Source: a virus
Reading direction: 5' to 3' (one strand)
Virus record (IMG/VR): IMGVR_UViG_3300021963_000041
Location: 32,001-96,000 of that record
DNA: 64,000 bases
Under the pieces are notes generated by a model. The model was not told the origin of the DNA, made no database searches, and saw only the letters and a program-made list of their open reading frames with translations. A program made the translations under genes and the position numbers. This document shows, in pieces, positions 38,191 through 53,299 of this stretch. How positions within the stretch are numbered: the stretch's first letter is position 1; every line of letters begins with the position of its first letter.

Positions 38191-38210
38191 AAATTAATTT
38201 TCAGTCTTAA

Positions 38211-38699
38211 TTAGTATTCAAGTACTGCGTAGTCGATACCAAGTGTTAGAGAGATTTCAACTGGAGTCTCAGTAGACCAGTCCATATCACCAAACTGTGC
38301 AGTTTTGATGTAAGCTCCCCAAATTTTCCAGTTCTCGATTTTATCACCAACTGGACCTAGTACGAAGATATCGAAGTTCTTCTTGTAGAAGTCTGCATAT
38401 CCATCACGACCGGTTACTGATTCGTGAGCTGTACGTACCCACTCCATTACTGCTTGCGCACCTGATGGAACGATGGCGTCATACATAGAGATTGTGATAT
38501 CTCCCCACTTACACTTACCCTTCATCTTGCGGATAATGTTGATGTGATCTAGAACCACCTCACCACATTCCAATTGTGGACGAGAAACTTTTTTACACAA
38601 GAATGATGGAATACCATCTACTTGTAATATAAATCTATTCTGTACCTTTGGTTCGTAAGGTGTGTAGAAGATTTCGTTGTTTTCTATTAAGTTTGCCAT
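38211..38699 (-). CDS. tail tube protein (gp19-like)
   Basis: EPK.QNRF, W.DITI..YD, EW.R, YKK, W...GA.I....FG.+DW; follows sheath. Confidence 0.88.
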   Translation of the reverse strand: MANLIENNEIFYTPYEPKVQNRFILQVDGIPSFLCKKVSRPQLECGEVVLDHINIIRKMKGKCKWGDITISMYDAIVPSGAQAVMEWVRTAHESVTGRDGYADFYKKNFDIFVLGPVGDKIENWKIWGAYIKTAQFGDMDWSTETPVEISLTLGIDYAVLEY

Positions 38700-38724
38700 G
38701 TTGCGTTACTCTTTTGTATAAATA

Positions 38725-41109
38725 TTAAGCGTTGTCAAAAGTTGCTCCAGTAGGAAGAATGTTAAAGTCAAGAACGATAAATTCTGCTGCTTTAGCTGGT
38801 TGTAAGTAAATTTGACCGTACATGATGTTTCTGTCGATTACATCAGGTGTGTTGTTAGTCTCATCCATTACAACTTTGAAAGCATAAAGACCTTGACGAG
38901 CTTTAACTGTTTCTAAGTATGGAGTTACGATGTTCAAGAAACGTTGACGTGTAGCTGTAGTATTGTTTTCGAATACCAAATAGCGGCTAGCACTTGCAAT
39001 GTATTTCTTCATTGTGATCATTAAACGTCTTACATTGATACGATCAAGAGCTGATGGTTTAGCTTGTAGAGTTTTTTGACCCCAGATACAAATTCCTTGG
39101 TTAGGGAATGTTGCAATTGCATTGATCTTGTTTTCGTATAAGTCGTTTCTATCAGCTTGGTTAAGTTTCAATTCAACATCAACTGCTTCAGAGATACCTC
39201 CACGGTTTAGACCAGCTGGTGCAAACCATTCGTAAGCTACTGAATCGTTGTAAGCCATTACACGTGGAACAACAACACTAGGTGGAACCCATACTGGTTT
39301 GTTCTTGTTTGTGTCTAGGATTTTAACCCATGGCCAGTAAGTACCTACGTAGTTAGAATCGATTCCTGAGTCAGTTACTGCTGCGATTGCTGCTGCTGCT
39401 GATTGACCTTGGATAACTGGATCTGCGATTACAAATGCATCTCCACGATCTTCTGCTACTTCGATAGCTTTATTAACGATAGCTGAGTGATCTTTAATTG
39501 TAGCACCTGGAGTAACGATTAAGTTAACATCATATTCATCAGAGTTGCTGATTACATTGAGTGCTTTTACATATCCTACTGAACCTTTTGCAGTTGCAGT
39601 TGAACAATCCATACCAAACAAGTTAGTAGCTGTGATTGCTGAACCTACTTTCTTAACGATTGCTGGGTCCATACCATCAAATCCACCTTGGAATGGTACT
39701 GTAAATTTCAAGAATGTGCTTACGTCTAATCCAGCGAATAATGATGCAGAGATTGAAGAACCTCCCACAAATGTTGAGCTGTCGTTTAATTTAGAAGCAC
39801 TTGCGTGAATGAAACAAGCATCAAGGTTGAATGCAGCATTATTCATTGCTGATGTACCAAGAGCTAATGGTTTCAAGTAGTTTTCGTTATCTGCTGTAGA
39901 CCAGCTCCATCCGTAGTAAGCTTTCTTATTGTAAGCGCTATTGATCTCGGTGTTTTGAGTCACCATAGATGCAGTTGGCATTGCGTAGCTAGAAGATACT
40001 GGCTGGATTACTGCAGCAAAACCAAAAGGTTTTACGTTTGCTGTAATCGCTTTAGCTGATACAGCTGAATCAACTTCTACACGAATGTATTTAGAAATGT
40101 TGTTGTAATCTCCAGTTACAGATACTACACCTGCTGAACTTACTGAGTAAGCTTTATCACCAATTCGACGAGCGATGTAATTAGATGAATCTGGATCTAA
40201 ATTAAGACCAGTGAATGATTCTAAGATAACTGGACGTTGGTCTGTATCATTGTAGTCACGAACTACTACTGTGAATGATCCATAATCGCTTCCTGCATCA
40301 TCTCCAGGTAGAGTTGTGTTGATTACAGCAACTTTAAATGAAGTGTTTGTGTCAGTGCCATCAGCAAGAGTGTGAATCTTAAATAAGTTTAGTTTCTCGT
40401 TACCAATGATTTGTGATTGAATCCATGGAGTCTCAGCGTTTGAGTATGCACCTGCTGAACCAGATAGATCAACTTTTGCATTAGCTGATTGAGATACGAA
40501 GCTTACAGATCCAGATAAACCTGGAGTAGTTGCTAGGTAACCACCAAACCAAGTGTACATATAACCCTTCTTACCACCTTTTACGGATTGGCCAAGTACA
40601 TTGGCAAAAGAGTTAACATTTGCTGGGTTAGCAGATGCAGTAAGTGCTTGTGCAGTTACGCTTGAACCAGAAAGCTGGAATCCGAAAGATCCAGTTACGC
40701 TACCTGCTTGGAAAGCGGTAAAATCTGATTTAGTGTATCCGTTACCAGTAGAAGAACCTACAGTGGTAGTTGGCATAATAACACCAACCAATCTAGTGAT
40801 TGATCCAGTAGTGTGGATGATTTGTACTGCGTCAGCATTGTAGCCTCCCTCAGACAATACACGAACCACAGTAACAGTTGAAGCGCTATTCAAGTAGCTC
40901 TTAACTGCATATGGTACGTATGTTTCTTCGCTTAAGCCACCGAACTTAGCAATAAAGTCATCAAATGAAGTGACAACTGTCGGTACAAAAGCAGGTCCTT
41001 TTACTGTTGGACCAATGATTGCAGCTCCGATTGCTGCAATACCTGCAGGTAAAAACGAGAGGTCTTTCTCGTTTGTAAATACACCTGGTGATACTATTCT
41101 TTCAGCCAT
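38725..41109 (-). CDS. tail sheath protein (gp18-like)
   Basis: SPGVFTNE.D, YWPW, WFAPAG.NRG, WGQKTL, DRINVRRL, FE.N, EFI.LDF. Confidence 0.95.
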   Translation of the reverse strand: MAERIVSPGVFTNEKDLSFLPAGIAAIGAAIIGPTVKGPAFVPTVVTSFDDFIAKFGGLSEETYVPYAVKSYLNSASTVTVVRVLSEGGYNADAVQIIHTTGSITRLVGVIMPTTTVGSSTGNGYTKSDFTAFQAGSVTGSFGFQLSGSSVTAQALTASANPANVNSFANVLGQSVKGGKKGYMYTWFGGYLATTPGLSGSVSFVSQSANAKVDLSGSAGAYSNAETPWIQSQIIGNEKLNLFKIHTLADGTDTNTSFKVAVINTTLPGDDAGSDYGSFTVVVRDYNDTDQRPVILESFTGLNLDPDSSNYIARRIGDKAYSVSSAGVVSVTGDYNNISKYIRVEVDSAVSAKAITANVKPFGFAAVIQPVSSSYAMPTASMVTQNTEINSAYNKKAYYGWSWSTADNENYLKPLALGTSAMNNAAFNLDACFIHASASKLNDSSTFVGGSSISASLFAGLDVSTFLKFTVPFQGGFDGMDPAIVKKVGSAITATNLFGMDCSTATAKGSVGYVKALNVISNSDEYDVNLIVTPGATIKDHSAIVNKAIEVAEDRGDAFVIADPVIQGQSAAAAIAAVTDSGIDSNYVGTYWPWVKILDTNKNKPVWVPPSVVVPRVMAYNDSVAYEWFAPAGLNRGGISEAVDVELKLNQADRNDLYENKINAIATFPNQGICIWGQKTLQAKPSALDRINVRRLMITMKKYIASASRYLVFENNTTATRQRFLNIVTPYLETVKARQGLYAFKVVMDETNNTPDVIDRNIMYGQIYLQPAKAAEFIVLDFNILPTGATFDNA

Positions 41110-41175
41110 TGTTGTAATGTAGTTTTATCAGTTTGAATATAAATATCACAACATACAGCGAAACCTTAAAATACC

Positions 41176-41448
41176 TTAGCTATTTGGCGTAAATTGTCCA
41201 GTCTCAAGATCTAAAGAACCAGCTCCGTATTTTGCATCTAATTCTTGAGCTAGCTTCTTTTCTTCCTCGTTCGTCTCTACAATCTGATTTTCTAGTAATC
41301 CCTCTTGCTCGATTAAGCCATTAAGATAGGTTTCAGCATTCTTTTTTGCTAACTTTAATTGTACTAGTTGAATACCTAATACGTTGTACTTCTCTTGTAA
41401 GACTTTGATTTGCTCAAGTTCTTCTGCGCTAAATTGCTTGTTTTCCAT
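41176..41448 (-). CDS. small coiled-coil protein
   Basis: Likely start MENKQF at 41448 downstream of late motif at 41474; ends KYG.GSLDLETG.F. Confidence 0.65.
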   Translation of the reverse strand: MENKQFSAEELEQIKVLQEKYNVLGIQLVQLKLAKKNAETYLNGLIEQEGLLENQIVETNEEEKKLAQELDAKYGAGSLDLETGQFTPNS

Positions 41449-41501
41449 AACTTTGTTTTTATGTTGTTCTTTGTATAAATATGTTGTTTTGTTTGTAAAC
41501 C

Positions 41502-42095
41502 TTACTTGTAATGTCCGCCACCGACCCATAAAACAGCACTTTGTCTCAATCCTTCAGTTACTGGTGTTACTCTGTGTAACATGAATGACGGAAAGATTGC
41601 AACCGCTCCTTTTTTGCGTGGTACAGCAAATGAGAAGTTACCTGGCATTAACTCTAAGTCACCACCCACATAATCATCGGGGTCTGCTAATTGAACTACA
41701 ACAGAAACCTTTCTGTGTGAGATTGTGGAAGGTCCAATATCGACATGCCAGTCATAATGACCTCCCCCCGCTTCATACTGAGTGTATTGGATATCATCTA
41801 TAATACTATGCAAGTCAAAATGCCATAAAGCGTTATTTGCTTCTACTACCATGTTGGCAATACGATCATAAAACCAACCCCACTCAGGAGTATTTGGAAG
41901 CCATTTGATTTTTGATTTTCTAATGGCTTCCTCTACTTCTTCATTATTGCCAATTATTGTAGCATCTTGTTCATCGTACTTGGTTGCAGAGTTGTGTATG
42001 TGGTTTACCTCTTCTTCTGTAAAACCATTTTCAAACCAATAGTATTGAGTCTGGTCTACGTTTTCTGCTGGTCTAAATGTAGGTCTATTATTCAT
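41502..42095 (-). CDS. 2OG-Fe(II) dioxygenase (prolyl-hydroxylase/PKHD-like)
   Basis: WHVD (HxD), RKVS, YVGGDL, FPSFMLHRVTPV..G.R. Confidence 0.9.
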   Translation of the reverse strand: MNNRPTFRPAENVDQTQYYWFENGFTEEEVNHIHNSATKYDEQDATIIGNNEEVEEAIRKSKIKWLPNTPEWGWFYDRIANMVVEANNALWHFDLHSIIDDIQYTQYEAGGGHYDWHVDIGPSTISHRKVSVVVQLADPDDYVGGDLELMPGNFSFAVPRKKGAVAIFPSFMLHRVTPVTEGLRQSAVLWVGGGHYK

Positions 42096-42099
42096 AACT

Positions 42100-42130
42100 A
42101 AAATATACGTAAAAAATTAAAACTATGCAA
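42100..42130 (-). promoter_or_regulatory. -33/-7 type promoter for the dioxygenase
   Basis: TTG-N20-TATATTTT. Confidence 0.6.
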
Positions 42131-42131
42131 C

Positions 42132-43958
42132 TTATATTATTGTCACGTTTGTTAATAAACCGTTTGTAAAGTCCATAATAACTGTCGCACCTCTTGGGTC
42201 GGCAACCATAACCGATGCAGTCATACCAGTTGTACCACCACCAGATCCTGGAGGTCCTGGAGGGCCAGTAGGTCCAGTTGGGCCTGGAGCTCCATCGGAT
42301 CCTGCGGGACCAGTAGGTCCAGGTGCCCCAGTGGGGCCTGGAGATCCAGTTCCTGAAGGTCCGGTAGGTCCGGTAGGTCCTGGACTGCCAGTAGGTCCAC
42401 TAGGTCCAGTTGGGCCAGTTGGTCCAGGTGCTCCTCTTAATGCTGCTAAGAAGGCAGATTCTGTTCCACTATTACCTAAAGCTAACCAAGACTCATAAGC
42501 TGAACGACCAGTAGCTCCAGTAGGACCAGTTGGACCAGGTCCACCAGTAGGTCCAGTTCCACCACTCGGTCCTGGAGGGCCAGTTGGACCAGGTCCGCCA
42601 TTAGTTCCACTAGGACCTGGACTACCAGTTGGGCCAGTTGGGCCAGTGGGTCCAGTGGGACCAGTAGGACCTGATAAAGCATATGTACTTAGGTTCTCTG
42701 TAGTAACAAATGTGTATGGGCCTTTCTGTACACCACCCTCTAATCTTGAGTATTGAGGTGCTGTCCAGAATGGCATGATTAAGGTTTGGTTATAGTAGGT
42801 CTGTCCATCACCATGATTTGATATTATATAACTTGCCCAACTGCCATTATATCCTGCAATTCCAGATGGTGCTTGATACCAGGTCTGAGTACCGTTTCCA
42901 AACCCAGCGTTTGATAAAGCTCCTGCTGTATATGAAGTTGATCCTGCAGGTCCTGTGGGTCCAGTAGGTCCAGGTGATCCAGTAGGTCCACTAGGTCCTG
43001 GAGGGCCACTAGGTCCAGTTGGACCAGTAGGGCCAGTAGGTCCTGCTACTGTTGATCCAGGTCCGGTTGGGCCGGTAGGACCGGTAGGTCCAGGTGATCC
43101 AGTTGGACCAGGTGAGCCAGTAGGACCGCTTGGTCCAGTAGCTCCAGTAGGTCCAGTGGGCCCTGTCGGTCCAGTAGGACCAGTAGCCCAAGAAGATAAT
43201 CCAGTGCTTGTGTAGTAGGTTCCTCCACTAGGAATCGTTACCATTCCAGGCAACCATTTTAGTGAGCTATTATCTCCATTATGAACTGCAATCAATACCC
43301 AACCATCGACTACTTGGACTGATCCATCGTTGTAAGGAAGTACCACAAGTTTGTTTGAATCGTAGGTATTGGCCATTCCACGAGCCACTTTGTAATAAAC
43401 TCCTGACCATGCAGGTACTAATAAATTGGAAACTGGTCCAATATCTAAATAACCACTAGCTGCTTGACTATTGTCAGCAGGAATGACAATTACTCGCTCA
43501 CCCCACGATACTCTACCACCTGACCATGTTACAGTACCTCCACCGTTAACTGCATAGTTTGCGTTAGCAGTTTCATATTCTGTTGGGCCAGTAGGTCCAG
43601 TTGCACCCGTAGGACCAGTAGGGCCAGTAGGCCCAGTTGGGCCACTTGGTCCTGGAGGGCCAGTCGGTCCAGTGCTTCCATTGGTTCCACTAGGGCCAGT
43701 AGGACCGGTAGGTCCAGTCAGACCAGTATCCCCTTTCAATCCCTGAGGTCCACTAGGGCCAGTCGGTCCAGTGGGTCCACTTGGTCCTGGAGGTCCACTT
43801 GGTCCAGTTGAACCTGGAGATCCAGTAGGGCCAGTTGGTCCACTTGGTCCAGTAGGTCCAGTAGGTCCTATAAATTGAGGATAGCTACTAGCATCGAAAT
43901 TACCAGTATGTAGAGCTTCGTTACCTCCTATGGTTGTTCCTGTTTTTAGCTTAGCCAT
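42132..43958 (-). CDS. collagen-like fibre protein
   Basis: Four blocks of (G-P-T/S) triplets separated by globular segments. Confidence 0.85.
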   Translation of the reverse strand: MAKLKTGTTIGGNEALHTGNFDASSYPQFIGPTGPTGPSGPTGPTGSPGSTGPSGPPGPSGPTGPTGPSGPQGLKGDTGLTGPTGPTGPSGTNGSTGPTGPPGPSGPTGPTGPTGPTGATGPTGPTEYETANANYAVNGGGTVTWSGGRVSWGERVIVIPADNSQAASGYLDIGPVSNLLVPAWSGVYYKVARGMANTYDSNKLVVLPYNDGSVQVVDGWVLIAVHNGDNSSLKWLPGMVTIPSGGTYYTSTGLSSWATGPTGPTGPTGPTGATGPSGPTGSPGPTGSPGPTGPTGPTGPGSTVAGPTGPTGPTGPSGPPGPSGPTGSPGPTGPTGPAGSTSYTAGALSNAGFGNGTQTWYQAPSGIAGYNGSWASYIISNHGDGQTYYNQTLIMPFWTAPQYSRLEGGVQKGPYTFVTTENLSTYALSGPTGPTGPTGPTGPTGSPGPSGTNGGPGPTGPPGPSGGTGPTGGPGPTGPTGATGRSAYESWLALGNSGTESAFLAALRGAPGPTGPTGPSGPTGSPGPTGPTGPSGTGSPGPTGAPGPTGPAGSDGAPGPTGPTGPPGPPGSGGGTTGMTASVMVADPRGATVIMDFTNGLLTNVTII

Positions 43959-44119
43959 TATATCTCGTTCTGTTTTATTGTTTCAATTTCACTAAGAATC
44001 TCTAGGACTCTTGGATTATACAATCCTTCCAACTCTTGTCGTTCTTCATCTGTACTGGCTTGGCCAATTATCCAGGTGATCGAACTTAGCTCCATTTGTA
44101 GTTTTTGTAGCTCTGTCAT
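43958..44119 (-). CDS. small hypothetical protein (53 aa)
   Basis: Hand translation [18 protein letters not shown]...; stop overlaps next ATG (TAATG). Confidence 0.55.
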   Translation of the reverse strand: MTELQKLQMELSSITWIIGQASTDEERQELEGLYNPRVLEILSEIETIKQNEI

Positions 44120-44123
44120 AATC

Positions 44124-45595
44124 TTATATTCTTATATCAATAACACCTTTTCTTTTATATACAGTATCTAGTTGATTAGCTCCGTCCTCCTTAATTACTC
44201 TCTGTCCTCTTCCGACAGCTGCATAAGGATGTCTTACACCACCTCCAGTATATACTGAATGTAAAGATCCGTCGTTAACTAGTAACCTTGATTTCATAGC
44301 TCTCATTTGAGCATCTAATGTTGAGTTAGGATTAATTGCATCGAACGATGTCATAACCCACACCTGACTACTAGTGATGGTTGCAAGCTTATTAGCTAAC
44401 GCTGTTCTAGCACTATCGTCTCCGTATGTATCATAAACTTGATCAAACACTACTGAAACTGATGCCTCATCTATAATAGTAAGTCTTAAACCTCTACCAC
44501 CCTCTTGGTTGTATATTGTTGTACCATTGAGTTGTAAAACTCTAGGACCATATACTGCAAACCTATCTGTACCGTTTCCAATATCTAAACCTACGTAAGC
44601 TGTTCCTTTTGCAAACACTGCAATAGTTTCTTCCGAAATAGTGTCGGATTCCCAACCACCTGATGTAAGGTTCCAAGAAACGTTATCTGTAATATCTGTG
44701 ATTTGAATATTATCTACATAGACATGAGTTCCTCTACTACCCTGATCTTCATAACTAAAACCAATTTTCAGGTTAGCGTATAAATCAAAATACCCTGCAA
44801 CCATTGGTGCTCTATAATCCCAAATACTAGGATACTCTTGATCAGGTGGAACGCCTTTTGTAGGCTGTCCAGTCCAGCTTGGCTTTCTATAAACATAACC
44901 ATTATACTGTACTGGTTGCCAGTCACCATACTGTGTACTCGCATTCCAGACTGGAGTGTTTTGACCCGGTACCCAATCTAGGTAACCGTCTTGAATTGTG
45001 TATGTATACTCATACCTTCTCCACTCCCAATCAGTATCAAATGCCGATACAGCGGAATACCATGGAGTTGGTAACCAAATTCCTAAATCTCCCCAACCTA
45101 CGGTAAGGTTATTGTAAACTTCCATCTGATTACCATTTGTATATCCTCGGTAGTTAAATGAAAATCTGTATGTGTGACCTCTTAATTTTGAAGCAGCTGG
45201 TGGATAAAAAGCTAATCCACCCCAAGTTGAGGCTGCTGAAATGTTTGGGTATCTAAATATGTGAACACCGTATGATGCATCCTTACCAGCATGCCTTCTA
45301 GCGGTTGTGTATATATTATCTTGTTTGTAGATTCCCCAATTTGAGTTGCCATATATGTTCTCCGACCCGAATGCTTGATTGTTTGGATTAGACCACCATC
45401 TATCACCTTGATCATTAACATGCCAACCAATGGCATCTAAAGAATTATATGTTTCATCAAAAGCAGCACAATGCATATCACCATCACCTTTGAGTACAGC
45501 TCTTACGCCGGTAGGCAAAGACGAAGTCTCATGAAAGACACCTTCATTTAGGTGCCAGGTGTTACTGGATCTTATGAATGTTGCTTTTGTAGCCA

Positions 45596-45596
<1 letters not shown>
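44124..45596 (-). CDS. putative carbohydrate-binding virion protein (CBM-like plus C-terminal ILEI/GG-lectin-like domain)
   Basis: Trp/Tyr-rich; YVDNIQI; RGL.LTII...DTY...L...+..SFDA...R.PYA.VG. Confidence 0.55.
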
Positions 45597-50603
<5,007 letters not shown>

Positions 50604-50617
50604 ACTACAAATTTCTT

Positions 50618-50682
50618 AAACTGTGGTTAGATACATACACTTATGCCGTGTATATGCCTACTTCCTTTCGGCCTACAGCTTT
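50618..50682 (-). ncRNA. candidate structured 5' leader (three-way junction)
   Basis: P1 AAGCUGU(A)GG/CCACAGUUU, CC-GAAA-GG, 13-bp stem UAGGCAUAUACAC/GUGUAUGUAUCUA with one mismatch. Confidence 0.5.
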
Positions 50683-50710
50683 ATTTCTAATAAATATCTT
50701 GTTAAAGATA

Positions 50711-50977
50711 TTAGGATACCGCCTGCTCAGCTTTTTTTTGTTTCCTTGCTTCTGCTGCAATAGCACGTTCTAATTCAGCAGCCTTTTCAGCTTGCATACG
50801 TGCTTCTTGTGCTTCACGCTCAGCCAACATTGTGCGAATAGTCTGTAGTTCTGTTTCTAGTTTGTATTGTAGATTACCTACAAACTTAGCATCCTTACCA
50901 GTTATATTGATTACGTCTAATGATTGACGCAATAATGTAATCTCTTGTACTGAGAGATCGATTGAGAAAATATCCAT
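50711..50977 (-). CDS. hypothetical protein
   Basis: 88 aa ORF in fibre cluster. Confidence 0.65.
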   Translation of the reverse strand: MDIFSIDLSVQEITLLRQSLDVINITGKDAKFVGNLQYKLETELQTIRTMLAEREAQEARMQAEKAAELERAIAAEARKQKKAEQAVS

Positions 50978-50990
50978 AACTTATTTGTCT

Positions 50991-51185
50991 TTATTTAGCT
51001 TCCTGCTGCAGGTATTGATTCTGCAGCTTGGTTACTAGAATATAGAACATTTCTACCTGTTCTCCAACTAATTGTGTTGTTTTCAGGGTTTTTAATAAAA
51101 ATTCAAGCTCCTGAAGATTGAGCTTGTTGCCGTCTTCAGAAGCTTGATTATTTGTTTGTGTTGCTAGTTTATTAAAAATACTCAT
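50991..51185 (-). CDS. hypothetical protein
   Basis: 64 aa ORF in fibre cluster. Confidence 0.6.
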   Translation of the reverse strand: MSIFNKLATQTNNQASEDGNKLNLQELEFLLKTLKTTQLVGEQVEMFYILVTKLQNQYLQQEAK

Positions 51186-51200
51186 AACCTATATTAAGTT

Positions 51201-52688
51201 TTATGCTGTATAAATCCAGAAGTCTCCTGCGTTAGACATATACATCGAACCTACTACCGCAAACTCACCAGTGATTGGTTTTGTTGCACCGTGGTTTGCT
51301 TCTACAAATAAGTAAGGAGCAAATGATCCACTCACACCAGAAGCTGATGTTGGATCAATTACGTTTGATGTATCAACTACACCTGATTGATATCCCCAAC
51401 GGTCTGTTGAAGAATCATATCCATATGCAATGTTACCTGCTGCGTCAGATCCTCTATCGATTACGATACCACCATCTCCTGCAGTTGCAGATCCTGATGC
51501 TAACAAGATAAACTGATCAGCTACATACAAGTTAGAAGAACTGATTGCTGTTACAGAACCCTCAACGTATAAAGTACCTTTAACGCTTAAGTTGTTATTA
51601 ACTGTCGTTGTACCAGTACTAGCACCTAAGTTTACTGTAGTTGCTGCACCACCAATGTTTAAAGTAGTTGCAGTTGTGTTAACTAAGTTGAAAGTTGTTG
51701 CAGAAGTTGTAATGTCTCCACCATTTACTGCTGCGTCACCCGTCAACGTTAATCCAACGAATTGTGGAGAATCTGAAGTTTGTAATCCTAAGTCAACTGC
51801 AGAAGCTGCTACACCGTTTGTTGTAAGTGTTACCTCACCCTGTGCACCTGATGCAATTGATGAACCAGATACAAGACCGGTTTTAAGAGTTACTACACCT
51901 GCTGACGATACTGTTGCACCACCTGATAATGTACTGAAGATAGAACCAGAGTAGTATGGTAACATTGAACCAGAATCTACAGAGAATGTTCTTGCTGTAG
52001 CTCCATTAAATGTACCGGCACTAAGTAAACCTGAACCTGCTGTTAAAGCTGCTAATGTAGTGTATGCTGTTGATGCTGCTGTTGCCCAAGACGCTGTACC
52101 AATTAAAGCACCAGTCAATGAACCAGTAAATCCTACTGAAGCTGATACTGATGTTACGTTAATTGCACTTGGTAAGTAGGCGTTAGCTAAAGTACCAGCG
52201 TTAATGTTAGATGCGTTTTGGTAGTAAGCAGGAAGCTGACCACCTAAGTTTAATGCGTTGTTTGCAGTTACTGCGTTTGTTGCCCAAGAAGCTGTACCAA
52301 CTAACGCACCAGTTAATGAACCAGTAAACGATGCAGTTACACCAGTTACTGAAATTTGAGCAGCTAACGCTAAGCTATCTGTACCCTCTACTGTTAAGTT
52401 TGTACCTGCTAAGTCCGTTAATAAGTTACCATAGGTAATGTACTTATTGGCACCATCATTAATATAAAACTGATCCGTAGATGTTAGGTCAGTTTTAGCA
52501 GTTGTAGGGAAGATTGCTGTTGCTGTTACTCCAGTCAATCCTGCACCATTACCGGTGAACGATCCCGTAAACGAACCCGTTAAGAAGGTAGTACCCTGTG
52601 CGGTCGTGATTTGCTGATTAGTACCGACGTTTAACTGACTCAGCTCAGCTGCCGAACCGGATACTATGACTTTTTTCCAAGTTGCCAT
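51201..52688 (-). CDS. virion fibre/structural protein
   Basis: N-terminus WKKVIVSGS shared with 47268-50603; SGS/TGS-rich; DQFILLASGS...GGIVIDRG. Confidence 0.75.
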   Translation of the reverse strand: MATWKKVIVSGSAAELSQLNVGTNQQITTAQGTTFLTGSFTGSFTGNGAGLTGVTATAIFPTTAKTDLTSTDQFYINDGANKYITYGNLLTDLAGTNLTVEGTDSLALAAQISVTGVTASFTGSLTGALVGTASWATNAVTANNALNLGGQLPAYYQNASNINAGTLANAYLPSAINVTSVSASVGFTGSLTGALIGTASWATAASTAYTTLAALTAGSGLLSAGTFNGATARTFSVDSGSMLPYYSGSIFSTLSGGATVSSAGVVTLKTGLVSGSSIASGAQGEVTLTTNGVAASAVDLGLQTSDSPQFVGLTLTGDAAVNGGDITTSATTFNLVNTTATTLNIGGAATTVNLGASTGTTTVNNNLSVKGTLYVEGSVTAISSSNLYVADQFILLASGSATAGDGGIVIDRGSDAAGNIAYGYDSSTDRWGYQSGVVDTSNVIDPTSASGVSGSFAPYLFVEANHGATKPITGEFAVVGSMYMSNAGDFWIYTA

Positions 52689-52743
52689 GTTACTTTTAGA
52701 TTGTTTTTAGTTGTTGTATATAAATATGCTGTAGTATTAGAAA

Positions 52744-53283
52744 TCAATCTAATCCCACAAAAAAGTCTGTTGCTGTGAAAGTCATTGCACCGTTTGGAGC
52801 TGTTCCAGTTGGTGTAGATGATTGTGTTGCTAGCATAACAATACCACTCTGAGACACTGTCATTATAGCAGCTGAGCTTGAGTTTCTTATTATGAATATG
52901 TTATTAGTAACCCCAGTAAGGTCAAAAGATCCTGAAGTTACAAATAAACTACCCGTAATCGATTGACTTGCTTTGAATTGGTTTGATCCAGTAATTGCAA
53001 ATGAACCCGTGTTTGTAGCAGCAAATGCAAAGGCAGAAAAGGATGCAGAATTTTCTAAACCAGCATATCCAGGTGTCTCAAATGCAATAAACTTTGAAAC
53101 ACTGTATAGTTGGTTTTGGTTTTGGACATATATGATTTGACCATCTGCTAATCTATCCTCATAAATCGAATACATATTAGATGCAGAAGGTACAGTAATC
53201 CATCCCCCTTGAACAAATTGAACAGCGGTGAATGAGCCCGACGCTCCACTCCTTACGTATATATCACTTGCAGTAGTTGCCAT
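52744..53283 (-). CDS. virion structural protein
   Basis: SGS/TGS-rich 179 aa ORF in structural cluster. Confidence 0.6.
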   Translation of the reverse strand: MATTASDIYVRSGASGSFTAVQFVQGGWITVPSASNMYSIYEDRLADGQIIYVQNQNQLYSVSKFIAFETPGYAGLENSASFSAFAFAATNTGSFAITGSNQFKASQSITGSLFVTSGSFDLTGVTNNIFIIRNSSSAAIMTVSQSGIVMLATQSSTPTGTAPNGAMTFTATDFFVGLD

Positions 53284-53299
53284 TAATCTATTCTAATCT

